A stretch of 64,000 bases of DNA from NCBI RefSeq assembly GCF_006345805.1, contig NC_042999.1:111538001-111602000 (forward strand), given 5' to 3'. Origin of the DNA: Octopus sinensis (taxonomy: Eukaryota). Below, one piece after another: positions 1-14,016 of this stretch (positions within the stretch are counted from its first letter, which is position 1; the number at the start of each line of letters is the position of its first letter). The notes under the pieces were generated by a model, which saw nothing but the letters and a program-made list of their open reading frames with translations, was not told where the DNA came from and ran no database searches. Both the position numbers and the translations under genes were made by a program.

Positions 1-881
1 GTCCCTGAGAAGATCGTCGAACATTTCCGTAACCTTGGCCTCAAAATTCACGAACATCTCCGTGATCTTGGAGTCCCTTTGGCCTTGGTGTTGATGGCAA
101 AGCAGTTGGTGTCTTTCTCAACTTTACTCATAGTAATCCATAGGATTACGGACGGGGGAATTAGGTCAGGAATTGGTGATGGTGAAGACGGAGAAATTCT
201 CCGATAACCACTTCTGACTCTTTCCTGGGGTATGACAAGGAGCCGAATCCTGCCACCACACACATAGCCTTCCAGCTGCAATCCCCTCGAGCGAGGATTT
301 AACCAGGAACTTCACATGGTCGTCTGTATTGAGACTAAGGCCCTATTCAAAGAAGGGTTGAATATTGGGGTGCGGGCGTTGTCAGAACGCCTGTTCTGTC
401 GCTTCTTCCTGGTCACAGCTTCGTAGTTTCCATTACAGCTGTCTATATAATGTCTTACATGTTTTACAGTGTTCCCAGCGAATTGAGCAGTAGTAGTGAA
501 GTCAGTATTTTAACACCCATCGCGAATCATCGTGATACAGGGGACCCTTTTCTAATATTCAAATCGCTTCCAGTCCTCCATATCAGCTAACATCTTCTCA
601 ACTACAACTTTAATCTATATGCTCTCCAACGCCGTTATATACATCAAGCTGTTCCTGAAAAAAAGGAGATATAAAAATCATCAAATTTAGCCCGAATACT
701 CTGCATATATTGTAGTGTTTCAAGTGCGACTCTGCATGATGATAACACCTTGAAGAAAATGAAGGTAAAGGTACTTTAATAATGTAAGAGCATAAAAATT
801 AAAGTATAAACAACTAATATGAAATATAACTTAAATGGAAGTGGCGTTAAATTTCATGAGTTGACGTAGATTTATTGCTGG
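1..881 (-). mobile_element. Degenerate, internally deleted Tc1/mariner-superfamily DNA transposon (maT/DD37D-like); runs off the window start
   Basis: Minus-strand translation gives an N-terminal piece GNTVKHVRHYIDSCNGNYEAVTRKKRQNRRSDNARTP (~380-490) and a catalytic piece VWWQDSAPCHTPGKSQKWLSENFSVFTITNS*PNSPVRNPMDYY (~135-265), with D-to-D spacing of about 36-37 and an NSPxxNPMD motif. EKDTN and AKVTEMFDDLLRD follow. Contains stops and frameshifts. A putative TIR end followed by TA lies at ~881-883. Confidence 0.8.
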
Positions 882-3659
882 TATATATTTTAAATGATTA
901 TCCTATTATCATATTACTTTAAACATGAGTCACAACATAGTCGTACAACTTTATAGAAATAACAGACTAATTTTCCAATAATGCATTACCATCTCGAAAC
1001 AGAAAGGTTACATTGACAATAGATAGATGTGTATAGCAAATTTTGTCATATATTAGAACAGAACAAACATAAGGAAGAAAACAATATATGTGTGTATTGG
1101 TGTGTGCGCGCGTGTGTGTGTTTATGGATGGTGGATAATGTAAATCATTATGGTGTCGAGTAAAATGCCTTGCGATATTTGCTCCGTCTCAATTATTTTT
1201 TGCTTCATCGGTTACAATTTCCTTTCTCTTCGACAAGTTGCGGAGACATTTGACGGTCAAAGCATGCGATTGGGTCTGGAACTGTCCAGATGCTAATATT
1301 TTGTCAATCTTAAATGACAGAAACTTGTGTAAAATATAAATATAAATGGATGGTGATAATAGCTTGATTTCCGTCCAACTGAAAGCTGAGAGGGATCTTA
1401 TCAACTGAATTGAATCCAATTTTCAAATCGTACCAATTCTTATTGACAGTAGAGAATTAAAGTATGAATATTGAGGTAGCAGAGCTTAAACTCATAACAT
1501 AGAGGAAGAAAATTTAATGCTAAAAGTCTTGTACTTAACTATTTCGACTTCCCCGAGCTCCGCTCTGTATAACCGTTTCTGATGTAAGCACAAGAATTGA
1601 AATTTGGCGTAGGGGGTTCTTTGGTACCATCGACTGCAGGATTCCACTCGTAATTTATTTTGTAGGTGCTAGAGGGAAAAAAAAGCAAAAACAGCATCGA
1701 CAGGATTCGAACTCAAAATATAAAGAACTAAATGGAAACACCGCAAACTAGTTAAACCCAATTTCAAACAATTCTGCCGATTCACCACACAACTCTCTGA
1801 AGCAGTGATAAATAACAACTGTAAACGGAACGTAAACCAGAAGAACTTGTGTAATGAGAAATTAACGAGCCAAACATCATGCTTAGTAGCTGCAAGGAAT
1901 CTCTTGAGATTTAACTCATATTTTTGAGAATCTTACGATTAGAAATATGAACATTTCAAAACTGTTGATTTCTTTGAAAATATCTCCACTTCACTTGTGT
2001 TACTTTATGATATTTAATTCTTACCACAGTGTTTTGTGAGATTAAATTCTATACAGTAGAATTTCATCGTCCGTGGTCATATAGGTATTGCCGATAGAGA
2101 CCACCGCAGATATTTTCTTAATCAAGTCAGCACCCTGATCTTCAAAAGAAAACATTAATCTATTAATTATTTATCAAACAAAGTATAAACCCACAAATCT
2201 ATATCAGATGGACAGAAGTGTATTTTTTTTTTTGTAATGTTTACGCTTTTCTCAGGAGTATTAACAGTATAAAAGAAGTAAACTGGCTTTGAGAGAGAGA
2301 CCACTTCCTCTATTTATGGTTGCCTGTATTCAATTAATTCACTGGCTTCTTACACTGTGAATCACAAGTATACTGAACCACATGGGAGCAGAAATGAGCA
2401 TGTTAAACATGCATGCTCTTCTGGAAAGCATTAGCAACATAAATAAATTCTAAGACCTCAGGCTAGGAATTAAATTTATTTAATTATCAGTCATTTAGTG
2501 AGCTATTTATTAATTGTTAATGAAAAATTAGTTGGATATTAGATTATTAATTAATTACTGATTAATTATTGAATGTATTAACTACTATATAATTAATTAA
2601 TAAAATATTGTGCCCTACTACCATTATCACTACTTCTTCCATCCAGCATATCAAGTCACAGGGAGATTAATCGCTATTGTTTTTGTTCAATTTGTTTCAA
2701 TGTTTGTTTCAATTACTTACTTGAGTGTCTGCTTTGGTATTTATTAATGACTGCTAAACAAAATTAATTTTACTTTTCTAGTTAATTATTCAGATGCAAG
2801 TATGGAGGGTTCTGAGTTATACCAACAACGAACTCAATTTGCACAGAAAATGAATTACAACGCAAATACGAGATATATGACAAACGAAACAAGCTGCGCA
2901 CGCACACACACACACACACACACACACAAACGCCCACACACACGCACACACATGCAGAAGCACACTCAGATAAACAAAGAAACAGAAATACTATAGAAAC
3001 GCATTCTCATATATAGGTACATAAAAATATAATTAGTTTCAGTACAATAATGTTTACAAACGAAAATGCCTTCAGATAATGACTACAAAATTTCGTTTGC
3101 AAAAATTCCATTTTGTTTTTGTTCATCAACGTTTTGGTAAATATCAGCGCAAATATTTCTCCTGTATCTAACAGAATGAGTTGAGTTGATCATTGAAAAT
3201 AGTCGTTCTTGCTATTAATAGCTTCGCTATATATGGCTTAATTTGAAGTGCGTTTGTCAGTAGGTCACTTTGCATTTCAATTTTAAATTCATCTGGCATA
3301 TAATGGAATTGACTTGCATTTTACTGGACTCGACCAGGCAAGAAAGATCCAAATATTGGTTTTATTTTACTCATCTGTGTCTTCTTTCAAACTGCGTGGG
3401 CCTGCGCTTAAGTAGGGAATCGATATTCTTAACTCGTTCAGACAAAAGGCCTACTGACAGACTAAATATAAAGAAATAATCAATAGTTTATGGTTAAGCG
3501 CAAGTATGGCTATGTGGTAAAGAAACTCTCTTGCAGTTACGTGATTTGGGGCTTTGTCCCACAGCACCTTGGGTATCCGCTTCTACTATAGCTCGCACGC
3601 GAGCGAATTTAGTTGACAGAAATTATAAGGAAACCCACTGTACAAATATATATATATAC

Positions 3660-3817
3660 CAGGAGTGGTTGTGTGGTAAGTAGCATGTTTACCAACCACA
3701 TGGTTCCGGGTTCAGTCCCACTGCGTGGCACCTTGGGCAAGTGTCTTCTACTATAGCCTCGGGCCGACCAAAGCCTTGTGAGTGGATTTGGTAGACGGAA
3801 ACTGAAAGAAGCCCGTC

Positions 3818-3904
<87 letters not shown>

Positions 3905-4092
3905 TGCGTCTGTTGTTGTCCCCCTAGCATTGCTTGACAACCGATGCTGGTGTGTTACTTAGCGGTTCGGCAAAAGAGACCGATAGAATATGTACTGGGC
4001 TTACAAAAGAATAAGTCCCGGGGTCGATTTGCTCGACTAAAGGTGGTGCTCCAGTATGGCCGCAGTCAAATGACTGAAACAATTAAAAGAGT
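3660..4092 (+). mobile_element. tRNA-derived SINE family A, near full length, with internal (TA)n(TG)n
   Basis: Head AGGAGTGGTTGTGTGGTAAG...GGTTCCGGGTTCAGTCCC (A/B-box-like); near-identical to 27205-27620; AAAAGAGTA tail. Confidence 0.9.
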
Positions 4093-4320
4093 ATACATAC
4101 ATACATACATAATACATACATACATACATACATACATACATACATACATACATACATACATACATACACATACATACATACATACCATACATACATACAT
4201 ACATACATACATACATACATACATACATACATACATACATACATACGTACATACGTACGTACATACGTACGTACGTACGTACTACGTACGTACGTACGTA
4301 CGTATGTACATACATATGTA
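4093..4320. repeat. (TACA)n/(TACG)n microsatellite
   Basis: Direct inspection. Confidence 0.95.
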
Positions 4321-4574
4321 TTTTTACTTTTTTCTCCACTGGTAATGATTTGTCTATGTCACTTTGCGGCTAAGCAAAAGGATCGATGAAGTAAGTACCA
4401 GACTTAACGAAATCAGTATTGGGATTGACTTGTTCAACGAAACACTTCAAGACGGTACTCCGCTATGGCTGCAGTCCAACGACTGATAGATTGTAACCGA
4501 TAAAAGTTGTACAATATTTCGTATACGAAATTATATTAAAAAATCTGGACGTTATTAACAATCACACTCTTTTT

Positions 4575-4692
4575 ACAGCTGAGTGAACTGGAGCAACGTG
4601 AAATAAAGTGTCTTGCTCAAGAACACAACACGCAGCCCGGTCCGCGATACAACCTCACGATCGTAAGCTCGACGCTCTAACCACTGAACCAT
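4575..4692 (-). mobile_element. tRNA-derived SINE family C, 5' fragment
   Basis: Reverse complement of the head of 6200-6412. Confidence 0.8.
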
Positions 4693-4737
4693 ATTTGTAT
4701 TGTATATTTGTATCATGTATTTGTATTATATATGTGG

Positions 4738-4896
4738 AAGGCGGCGAGCCGGCAGAATCGTTACCACGCCGGATAAAATGCTTAGCGGCATTTCTCCCGT
4801 CCTCGTGTTCTAATTTCGAAGTCCGCCGAGATCAATTTTGCCTTTCATCCTCTCGGGCTCGATCAATTAAGTACTAGTGAAACACTGGAGTCGATG
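4738..4896 (+). mobile_element. SINE family B (GGCGGCGAGCTGGCAGAA head)
   Basis: Similar to copies at 25028-25240, 30034-30152 and several minus-strand copies. Confidence 0.8.
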
Positions 4897-4899
4897 TGA

Positions 4900-5166
4900 G
4901 TGCATGTATGTATGGATGTACGTGTGAGTGTATGTATGTACATTAGTGTATATCTGTCCTTATCTTAACAATACGTGTTAGATGTGAAATTTCTGTCGCT
5001 ATCATACAGGCAATGCTATTTCTTCATTACCAATATTCTGCGAGGAAATACCACCTAGGTACGAGCGAGAAGAGGGTTGGCGTCAGGAACGGAATCCGGC
5101 CGTAGAATGATCTGTCTCAATAAACTCCGTCCAGCCCAAGCAAGCGCAGAAAAGTAGACGTTAAAG
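4900..5166 (+). mobile_element. SINE/LINE 3' end with RTE-like tail (...GACGTTAAA plus GAT-type repeat)
   Basis: Ends AAAAGTAGACGTTAAAG, directly followed by a (GGT)/(GAT)/(GAC)n array. I recognise this tail form from RTE-dependent elements. Confidence 0.5.
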
Positions 5167-5220
5167 TGGTGGTGGTGGTGGTGGTGGTGGTGGTGGCGGT
5201 GGTGGTAATGGTGATGATGG

Positions 5221-5253
<33 letters not shown>

Positions 5254-5315
5254 CGATGATGACGACGATGACGACGACGACGATGATGATGACGATGGCG
5301 ATGATGATGATGATG
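5167..5315. repeat. Compound (GGT)n(GAT)n(GAC)n microsatellite
   Basis: Direct inspection. Confidence 0.95.
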
Positions 5316-5816
5316 TATTATATATCACCTTTATTATAATTACAAGCGAATTCAAAACTTATCCATTTGTAACTAGACAAACAGTCAATGGGGTAAGTCA
5401 AATGTACAGAGTTAGTTTCACGAACATATGAGTCTCTTTAAACATCTTCTCCAACATGTAGGTAGGTGTCATAGCATAGTTACGAGGTGTCCGAGATGTG
5501 TCATGTAATAGCACACACTCTCATCAAAGGTCGTTCAGTGCAAAATAATAGTTTCCAACCAGGAATCAACAAAGATTTCTACATTTTTTTAAAAAGTGAA
5601 GAATTTATAAAGTGATATTTAAAAAAAACAGCATATCCTTTGTGCGTCTGTGTGTCTCTGTGTGTGTGTGTGTGTGTGTCTGTGTGTCTGTGTGTCTTCG
5701 CGAGCACGTATGTGTGTGCATGTGTGTATTCGTAGAGATACAGATATATTTATATGCGCTAGTGTGTGTGTGTGTAAATACATATATGTTTATATACATA
5801 CATATATATACATATA

Positions 5817-5905
<89 letters not shown>

Positions 5906-6199
5906 CATATATGTGCGTGTGTGTGTGTACATGTGTACCAGCATTTATGTTTGTGTGTGCATGTGCGCCCAAAGACATGTATGGTGCGAGAATGTGTGCG
6001 CCATAAATTGAGCAGTAACACCGGGCCATATTAACTCATGTACGTAAATAACATTTAATCCTATCGACGTGTCTAAGACGAAAGCAAGGGAAAGAGAGAA
6101 CTAAATGCAACAAAAATCCAAGTGGAAAATCTCTGTGCAACATACAGAAATATGTTGAATATTTTCTTTAATTTAACTGTACTGTATGTACTGAAGTGT

Positions 6200-6412
6200 G
6201 AAGGTGCATGGCTTAGTGGTTAGAGAGTCGAGCTTACGATTGTGAGGTCGTGAGTTCGGATCCCGGACCGGGCTGCGTGTTGTGTTCTTGAGCAAGACAC
6301 TCTATTTCACGTTGCTCCAGTTCACTCACCTGCAGAAATGTGTTGCGACGTAACTGGTGCTAAGCTGTATCGGCCTTTGCCTTTCCCTTGAATAACACTG
6401 GTGGCGTGGAGC
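6200..6412 (+). mobile_element. tRNA-derived SINE family C
   Basis: A-box-like TGGCTTAGTGG and B-box-like GAGTTCGGATCC, then TGTGTTCTTGAGCAAGACAC...TTGCTCCAGTTCACTC; a second copy is inverted at 4575-4692. Confidence 0.8.
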
Positions 6413-6453
6413 CTCAGCATATACCCATACATATATAAACATATGTGTGTGTG

Positions 6454-6496
<43 letters not shown>

Positions 6497-6846
6497 CATT
6501 ATATAATTAGGGCTTAGTAAAATAAATTACTTTGCCACATACTGAACTTATATATATATATATGGAGAGAGAGAGAGAGAGAGACATATATATATAAATG
6601 TATATATATATATATGAATACACACATACATACTTGCATGTATATAAACGTGTATGAGTGTGTTTGTATATATGTCTTTCGCCAGAAGAGAACAATATAT
6701 GTACTGAGTACAGAATTTTGCTGAAGGAATTGGTAGAAAGTTCTTCACACTATTTTCTCTCACTATTTTACTCTCTCACCTCTCTCTGTCTCTTCTATCT
6801 TTCCTTCTTTCTCCTCTCTCTTTATCTTTCCCTTTGGTTTTATTTA

Positions 6847-6888
<42 letters not shown>

Positions 6889-7364
6889 GTGTGTGCGCGC
6901 GCGTTGTGAGAGAGGGAGACACAGACAGCGACAGACAGTGACAGAAAAAGTAGGAGCATGTGAAAAAGAAACAGAAAGTGATTTCTTCCTCCCACACCAC
7001 TACACTGTACCTTCCCTATAACTTACCCTTCTAACACGCTCTTTACTTTATCATAGCAGCAATCTGTTGTTGCGTATATGAAGGTGGTAAATAAACAGGT
7101 TTCACTGGTAATTAAAATCTAGCCTTATCTTAATCTCCATCTTAATTGAATTGAATTGGTATGTAGGGCTTGGGAAGGAAGTGTGACCGAAAGGGTAGGA
7201 GAGACCAGGAGCTAAGGATATCGACTTGAAAAGATTGATTCTATGAACAAGTAAGTTGGTGCGGGAGCGAAACGAAAGAGAAAATGTATAGAGGAATAAC
7301 TGATATTCTTTGGTTCTTGTTATTAAACTGAAATGGCCCTGCTCAGATCTTTTATTAGGCTGAG

Positions 7365-7541
7365 TTCGATTAAATCGACTGTGGTAAATATTGTATTGAC
7401 TAGTAGCTCTTATTTTTTCGACTTCGGAAGGTTTGAAACGCTAGACATTGTCGGGCGAGATTTGAACTGAGAACATAGAGACGTAGCCGAATAAAGGAAA
7501 AAAAGTTATTTGATACTCTACCGATTCTGCCATCCAGTCGC
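7365..7541 (-). mobile_element. Degenerate SINE family B
   Basis: Reverse-complement similarity to 4738-4896 (GGCAGAATCG head, CTCAGTTCAAATCTCGCC). Confidence 0.55.
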
Positions 7542-9768
7542 GAAGAGGGGAAAAACGTAAACAAAGCAACGGGGGATTAGCTCTTCGTTTACTTTTCTAG
7601 GAAAGAGCTAAAGATGAAGTAAACGGGGATTGAACACAAGGAGAGTAAGCGAAGGAAAGAGAGTCAGACAGTTAGACTAAGCAGAAAGGGAATGAGCAGG
7701 AAAGGCAAATAACGAGAAAGGACTTGGAAAAGGGAAAACGGGATCGGCAAAAGGATAACAACATTCTTAAACAGCAATTACTTGAGTATATTCTAAGGTT
7801 ATCATCCATGTTCTCGGTTCAAGGACGGATGTTTCATTTAGCATGGTGCCTAAATAGCGTCGAACAGAGCGAGCTGGATGTATCCACTTTCAACCAAACC
7901 TTATTGCTTGTATTCTACCCTACGTTTGTGAGTATCTGAACGAGTGTAAGGCGACAGAGTAAGCTTTTTGTGTGCAATAAAGTTTATCTCATGAAGTGGT
8001 GTCGTTCTCATTGTTTATGAATCGCTTGTTTTGTCATTGTTGATGATGCTTTAGTTTATGTGTTTGAGCTTCAAAGGCAGGCATGGGTGTGTGATTAAGA
8101 ATTTCGCTTCGTAAAGTATAAGACGCTAAGTTCGATGCGACTATGCAGCGTTTCGGGAAAATGTCTTTTATAATAGCGTCTCCAGGACCGAAGTTCTATA
8201 AGTGAAACTGTGTAGATGGAAACTGTTTGGAAGCTAGTCATATGAGCTGTATCTTCAATTCAACGGCTAGTTTGTCACACATGATATAACTCCTATATTA
8301 TTAACTTTACTGATTTTTTATTTTTCCATGTACCGAGAGAAACCAACATGTAGCCACACGAGAAATAAGCATCTAAACTTAATCCAGTTTTCCCGATTAA
8401 AAGCACCCCGCACATACATGAGTGTAGCTGTCTAGTTAAACAACGCAGGTATACACTGCCATGAGTTTATCTCATTTGATTTGGGAACATTCAACTCGTG
8501 CGTGCATCTGTGGACACAGGTATGAATGTGTTTCAATCAAAAGCTCCCTACTTGTATCACAGCATTTGATATCTTGAGCAAGCATTATGTCGACTAATGC
8601 CTTCTAGAAGAAAGTTCGTAGAGGGAAGCTGCGTAAAGGCCCGGCAAATGGATGGCACCAGTACTTCAAAGTGACGTGGCACATACTCCGGCATGTTGGT
8701 CCCGCCTGAGAAGTAGCCTAAGGATACACATGTTTGTAGAATATACAAAGCACTACAATGCAGTCAATGACTGTTCAATAAAACGAACCTCTTGAAAAGT
8801 CATCATTGAAAGTTCTGGAGGTCCATTCACATGTGTGTGTGTGCTCGTGTGCTTGTGTATATACATATCAGTCAGCACATAGACATGTGTATGCGTGTCC
8901 TATAAACATATAAATCTATATGTACGTGTGTACGTATATGTATGTACATTATACGCATGTGTGTGTGCGTGTGAGCGCGCGCATATACCAGATGGTGAAA
9001 CAGAGTTGGGTAACAGGTGGAGGGAGAGCGCGAACTACTGATAGAAATGCAATATTCAAAAGTGTGAAAGAAGAGAATTCATAACAAAGACAGAGTAAAT
9101 AAAATAATAAACTTTAGTAAAAGCAAATCAAAATCCTCATTGATGTTGTCGTTATTTTGTTTTGTGTTTTTCCTCTGCCTATAATTCATGTATAGAAATA
9201 TATTTGCATCTTATAGAGATTTCAGTAGATTTTTTTCAAACTTCTATCTGTAACGTAAGAATATTTGAATACTTATTTAACAAATTAATATTTTATATTC
9301 CGACCCTCCACATTCGTTCACATACTCACAGATTTGCCACATGAATACAATTAACTATATACATATAACTCATACACACATCCGCGCGTACAGCATCGCA
9401 CACACACACACATCAGTATATAAATGTATATATATATATATGTGTGTGTATGTGTGTGTTTGTGTGTGTGTGTAGGAATATATGCATGTGTGTATGCATA
9501 AAATGTAATTTTAATTTTAAATACAACCATATATGAATAATATGTATTATATACATATATTATATATTCTTTTTATTATTTATATACTCAGACTTCATAA
9601 TGAAAACTACATACAACTCTTGCACACCAAATGCAGGCAGATGTACATGCGTGCGTTTGTATATATAAATATACAGATATATATACATATATTTATATAT
9701 ACACTCACACTGAACGACACACACATCTCTTTGAGTGTGTATGTATCTGTAAGAATATATGTAAATGA

Positions 9769-9804
<36 letters not shown>

Positions 9805-10121
9805 ATATGCATATGTATATGTATGTATATGCATATATTGATATACATACATATATGTATTTATATGTATGTAGGTAAGAGTAAGTGTAGATGCTATTCA
9901 AGAATTGCAACTGTTATTTCAATGAGATATTCACAAACATTTTGTATATATTTAGTTTATTTTAATTTAGTTTTCCTATTTTCCTATTTTCTTTATTTAA
10001 ATATGATTTCAATGACAAAATAATACATATACACCATATTCTTTTCGATATGTAACAACAAACATAGGTAAAAGACATGTATATATGCATACATATATGT
10101 ATATATATACACATACATGAT

Positions 10122-10160
<39 letters not shown>

Positions 10161-11606
10161 ACACACGCATATATATGGTTGTTTGTGCACATGTATATAC
10201 GTGTGTGTGTACTCTGACATATATATATATGTGCGATGTTCCTGGTTATCGTTGTATGTGTGTGTGTAATTTTATGCGTGTATGGAGATAGAGTGATCAT
10301 TAGAAAGACAATATCATATTATCTTTTCTTCCTATATATTAAGCATGAAATTTGAGACTTGAAGACTTGTCTGTTATTTCTAGCAGGACAAGCGACTAGG
10401 CAGAGTCGCTCGCGCTTGTCAAAATTTACTAATATTGTAGTCGTACATTTCACTTATCTTAATTTTTCTCTTATTTAATGTACACAAGCTTCAGTTAAAA
10501 TTTCAGGTAGTGAGGAAATTGTAATGAAATGAGAAGAATGTTTGAGTATGTGTGTATGTTTACATCTGTATGTGTGTATGTGTACATCTGTGTGTGTGAG
10601 TGTGTGTATAAATAAGATTATGTGTACTATATTGACTGTTGTATAAAAAAAATCTAAATTAATTAGAACTAATGGAGCAAATAATGTAAAACTTAGGGGT
10701 TGTGAGCAACTCTCAAAATGAAGGGAGATAATTTCAAAACATTACAACAATTTTAGGGAATGTCTGATTATTACATTCAAGCAAGGAACAACTTATAGAC
10801 ATAAATTTTACACATAACGTAGCATAAGATATCCTTTTTTATGTTATTGATGTGCAGAAAAAGTGAGAGGAAGTTTCCTGGCGTGCTGTTTCACGGTTTA
10901 TTGACCATTCCTCAGAAAATATACCTGTCTTCCTTCCGCAACCATTATACTGCTATATAAAGCAGTTGTAAATTAGCCTAGCGCATGAGTGAATTGCTTT
11001 TGAAAACTCTTCATAAATTCAAAAATATCTATTTTACACTACAGTAGTGAACTGTTATCAAATGAAGACTATACGATCAGTTGCCAAATATATTGATATC
11101 TAGAAAATATGGTTGTATAAATCATTTGACCATGAATATTTGCTTCATGAAAATATATAATGAAACAATGGCACGAATTTCTATAAATGAATTAACAGAC
11201 GATGTGTAACAATGCTTTATTTAAGGATCTTCTAAATATAAAGCTGTTCGAGTCAGTAGTTGCAGACGTAACCCTGCAATGAATGAACTGAATGAACTGA
11301 ACTACTTAACGAAGTAAATCATACACTAGTTTACATGCATTTACATATAGAAAGATATACATACATATATAAATACATATAAATAAACATTTATATGAAT
11401 ATGTGTGTGTATAAACATATGTAAGTATACATACATGCATGCATACATACAAACATACATACATACTTACATACTAAAGAGTAAATACAAATGGTGTTTA
11501 AAATTTCGACAGCTGTTTCTGTAGCATTTCATTTGACGCTATCTTAAGAGATTTACATCATAATACGCAATCTACATCCTGTTCAGTTAAGGCTATCTCA
11601 GGATCG

Positions 11607-11983
11607 GGTGGAGGCGCAATGGCCCAGTGGTTAGGGCAGCGGACTCGCGGTCGTAGGATCGCGGTTTCGATTCCCAGACCGGGCATTGTGAGTGTTTATT
11701 GAGCAAAAACACCTAAAGCTTCACAAGGCTCCTTGCAGGGGGTGGTGGTGAATCCTGCTGTACTCTTTCACAACAACTTTCTCTCACTCTTTCTTCCTGT
11801 TTCTGTTGTACCTGTATTTCAAAGGTCACACCCTGTGTCATGCTGAATCTCCTCGAGAAGTACGTTAAGGGTACACGTGTCTGTGGAATGCTCAGCCACT
11901 TGCACGTTAATTCCACGAGCAAGCTGTTCCGTTGATCGTATCAGCTGGGACCCTCATCGTCGTAACCGACGGAGTGCTCCAAG
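11607..11983 (+). mobile_element. Full-length tRNA-derived SINE family D with 12-bp target-site duplication
   Basis: A box TGGCCCAGTGG, B box GGTTTCGATTCC; perfect direct repeat ATCTCAGGATCG at 11595-11606 and 11984-11995. Confidence 0.92.
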
Positions 11984-12019
11984 ATCTCAGGATCGAGGTG
12001 CGGGAAATCATCAACTTGA

Positions 12020-12140
12020 ACAGCCAAAGCATGGTTGGCTCTAAACCAGCTGGAAGTTATCTGGAAATCAAAGCTGTCAGACAATCTTAAGAGGAATTTT
12101 TCCGTGCAACAGTAGAGTCTGTCGTTTTATAAAGGCTTGT
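12020..12140 (+). mobile_element. RTE-clade LINE fragment (post-RT region)
   Basis: Translates to AKAWLALNQLEVIWKSKLSDNLKRNFFRATVESVVL, typical of the RTE C-terminal xWKSxLxxxLKRxFFRATVESVL region. Confidence 0.7.
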
Positions 12141-12812
12141 ATGGCTTTCGTATCCATACACGCATACATGTATGCGTGCATATATAACATGTTCGGATTA
12201 AGACTCATGACGACACCAAAGACTTAAAAGGTGTGGTTGCCTACATATACTCGTAAATATTATTCTAAATATAAACAAAAGTAAACCATAAAATAGATGA
12301 CAAAAACTAACAATAAGTTGGAAAATAATGTATACGTTTGTACACTTCTACATTATTTATATTTGAAACGTTTTCTCCTGCATTTTAAGTTGAAAAATCT
12401 CTGATCAGATCCTCACTATGACACCATGAACACTATGAAATTGAATGTCAATCACATAAACCCCTTCGAAATTTACTTTAGCAAGTTTCAAGTGATTTCA
12501 CTTGTGCCGTAAACCATTTACTATTTCTGTGGTGTCCCCCTTCCCATCCCTTGATATCCTAAGTACGCTACTTATTTTGCTTAATGGTTATACCAGAGTT
12601 GATGTATAATATGCTTGTGTATATGTATATGCATACAAGCAGAATAAAAGCACATACACATGCACACGCGCGCACACACGCATTCATACATTGTAAAACA
12701 CACATATACACACACACACACACGTTTAACCCACATAAATATTTCGAAGTTCTTAAGCTATTATTCCTCTGTTTATTTATGTCTTCGGACGAATCGTAAC
12801 TACTTGTGTCTA

Positions 12813-12862
<50 letters not shown>

Positions 12863-13461
12863 TACATGTGTGAGTATGGATATGTATTAATGTGGTGCAT
12901 TTGCGGATATGTGTTTATACTTATGTATATATGTATGAGTCTGTATGGTTTTGTACATAAATGTGCAGAAGCAAAACAAATAGATGCGGCGTAAGTTGTG
13001 GAAGAGAGGTGTTAGCGGAAGGGAGAAGAGTTGGAATACAAGTGGAACGGATGAAAAGAAATAGAGATGATGGAAGATCCAAACGGCTGAATGAATGATA
13101 AAGAATAATAATTCGCGAACACCAAATATTTGGTCATCACATATACAAGAGGAGAAAGAAGAAAGTTACCACTAACACTAAGCAGACATTTGTGAGCAAT
13201 TCTTGGCAAACGGTGAGAGGCAAGGGTTTGATTGTTTGTTTATTACCAAGCCAATCTGTGGGGTGTGTTTGCAGTTGTGATACACGCATAGCGAAATGGT
13301 GCTAAAGTAAACATTGAGAAGTGTTCCAAATGTCTATTTGTATCTGTGGTGAGAGGGATGTGGATTTAAGAGGAGATTTCTTCCATGCTTGATATATAGA
13401 TGTGTGTCTGCTTGTGTGTTTGTGTGTATACACATGCACGCACACACATACATATATATAC

Positions 13462-13505
<44 letters not shown>

Positions 13506-14016
13506 ATATATATATACTCGCTCATATGAGTGTATGTGTGTGTTGGATTTGTATATGTGTATTCTCCTTGTCTATTCGCCTCTTTGAGGCAACGAATGGC
13601 GATTATGTAAAGGAAAGAGTGAATGAAAGACGTAGAGAGGGAAAGGAAAAGTGTAAGAGTAAACTGCAGCGAGCATGAATATCAGACATATTTGAATTTT
13701 TGTGGGCATATATGCGTATCAGTGCGTGTGCTTCTGTGTGTGTGTGTGTGTGTTTATGTACACACACACACACAAACATATATATATATATATATATCAC
13801 GTGCACATAAGTACACACACGATCTCACAGATATATTTGTCGATATATTGCCTGCCAAGCTACATATGTGACACAAGGTTTAGTGTTTCATACGACATAA
13901 CTTATCGGATTGAAACCAAATTTGATGTTACCTTTATGCACAATTATAGAAATCATTCGGATAAAATACTACGAAAATTGTCGTTGCTTTCATAAAAAAC
14001 TTTCGAAAATTATATA

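Larger units (their letters stand above)
3498..4508 (+). mobile_element. Old tRNA-derived SINE (family A), split by a younger SINE and a (TACA)n array
   Basis: A degenerate head (3498-3645) and degenerate 3' part (~4330-4508) align with the family-A copy at 27205-27620. Confidence 0.6.

Noticed and set aside
1189-8748. Short minus-strand exon-like segments (~1189-1310, ~2025-2140, ~8557-8718)
   Set aside because: Each has a plausible acceptor but reaches a stop, so they cannot be chained into one gene model; no family recognised.
11607-11690. tRNA-like sequence (also the heads of SINE families A-C)
   Set aside because: These are SINE heads continuing into element bodies, not tRNA genes.
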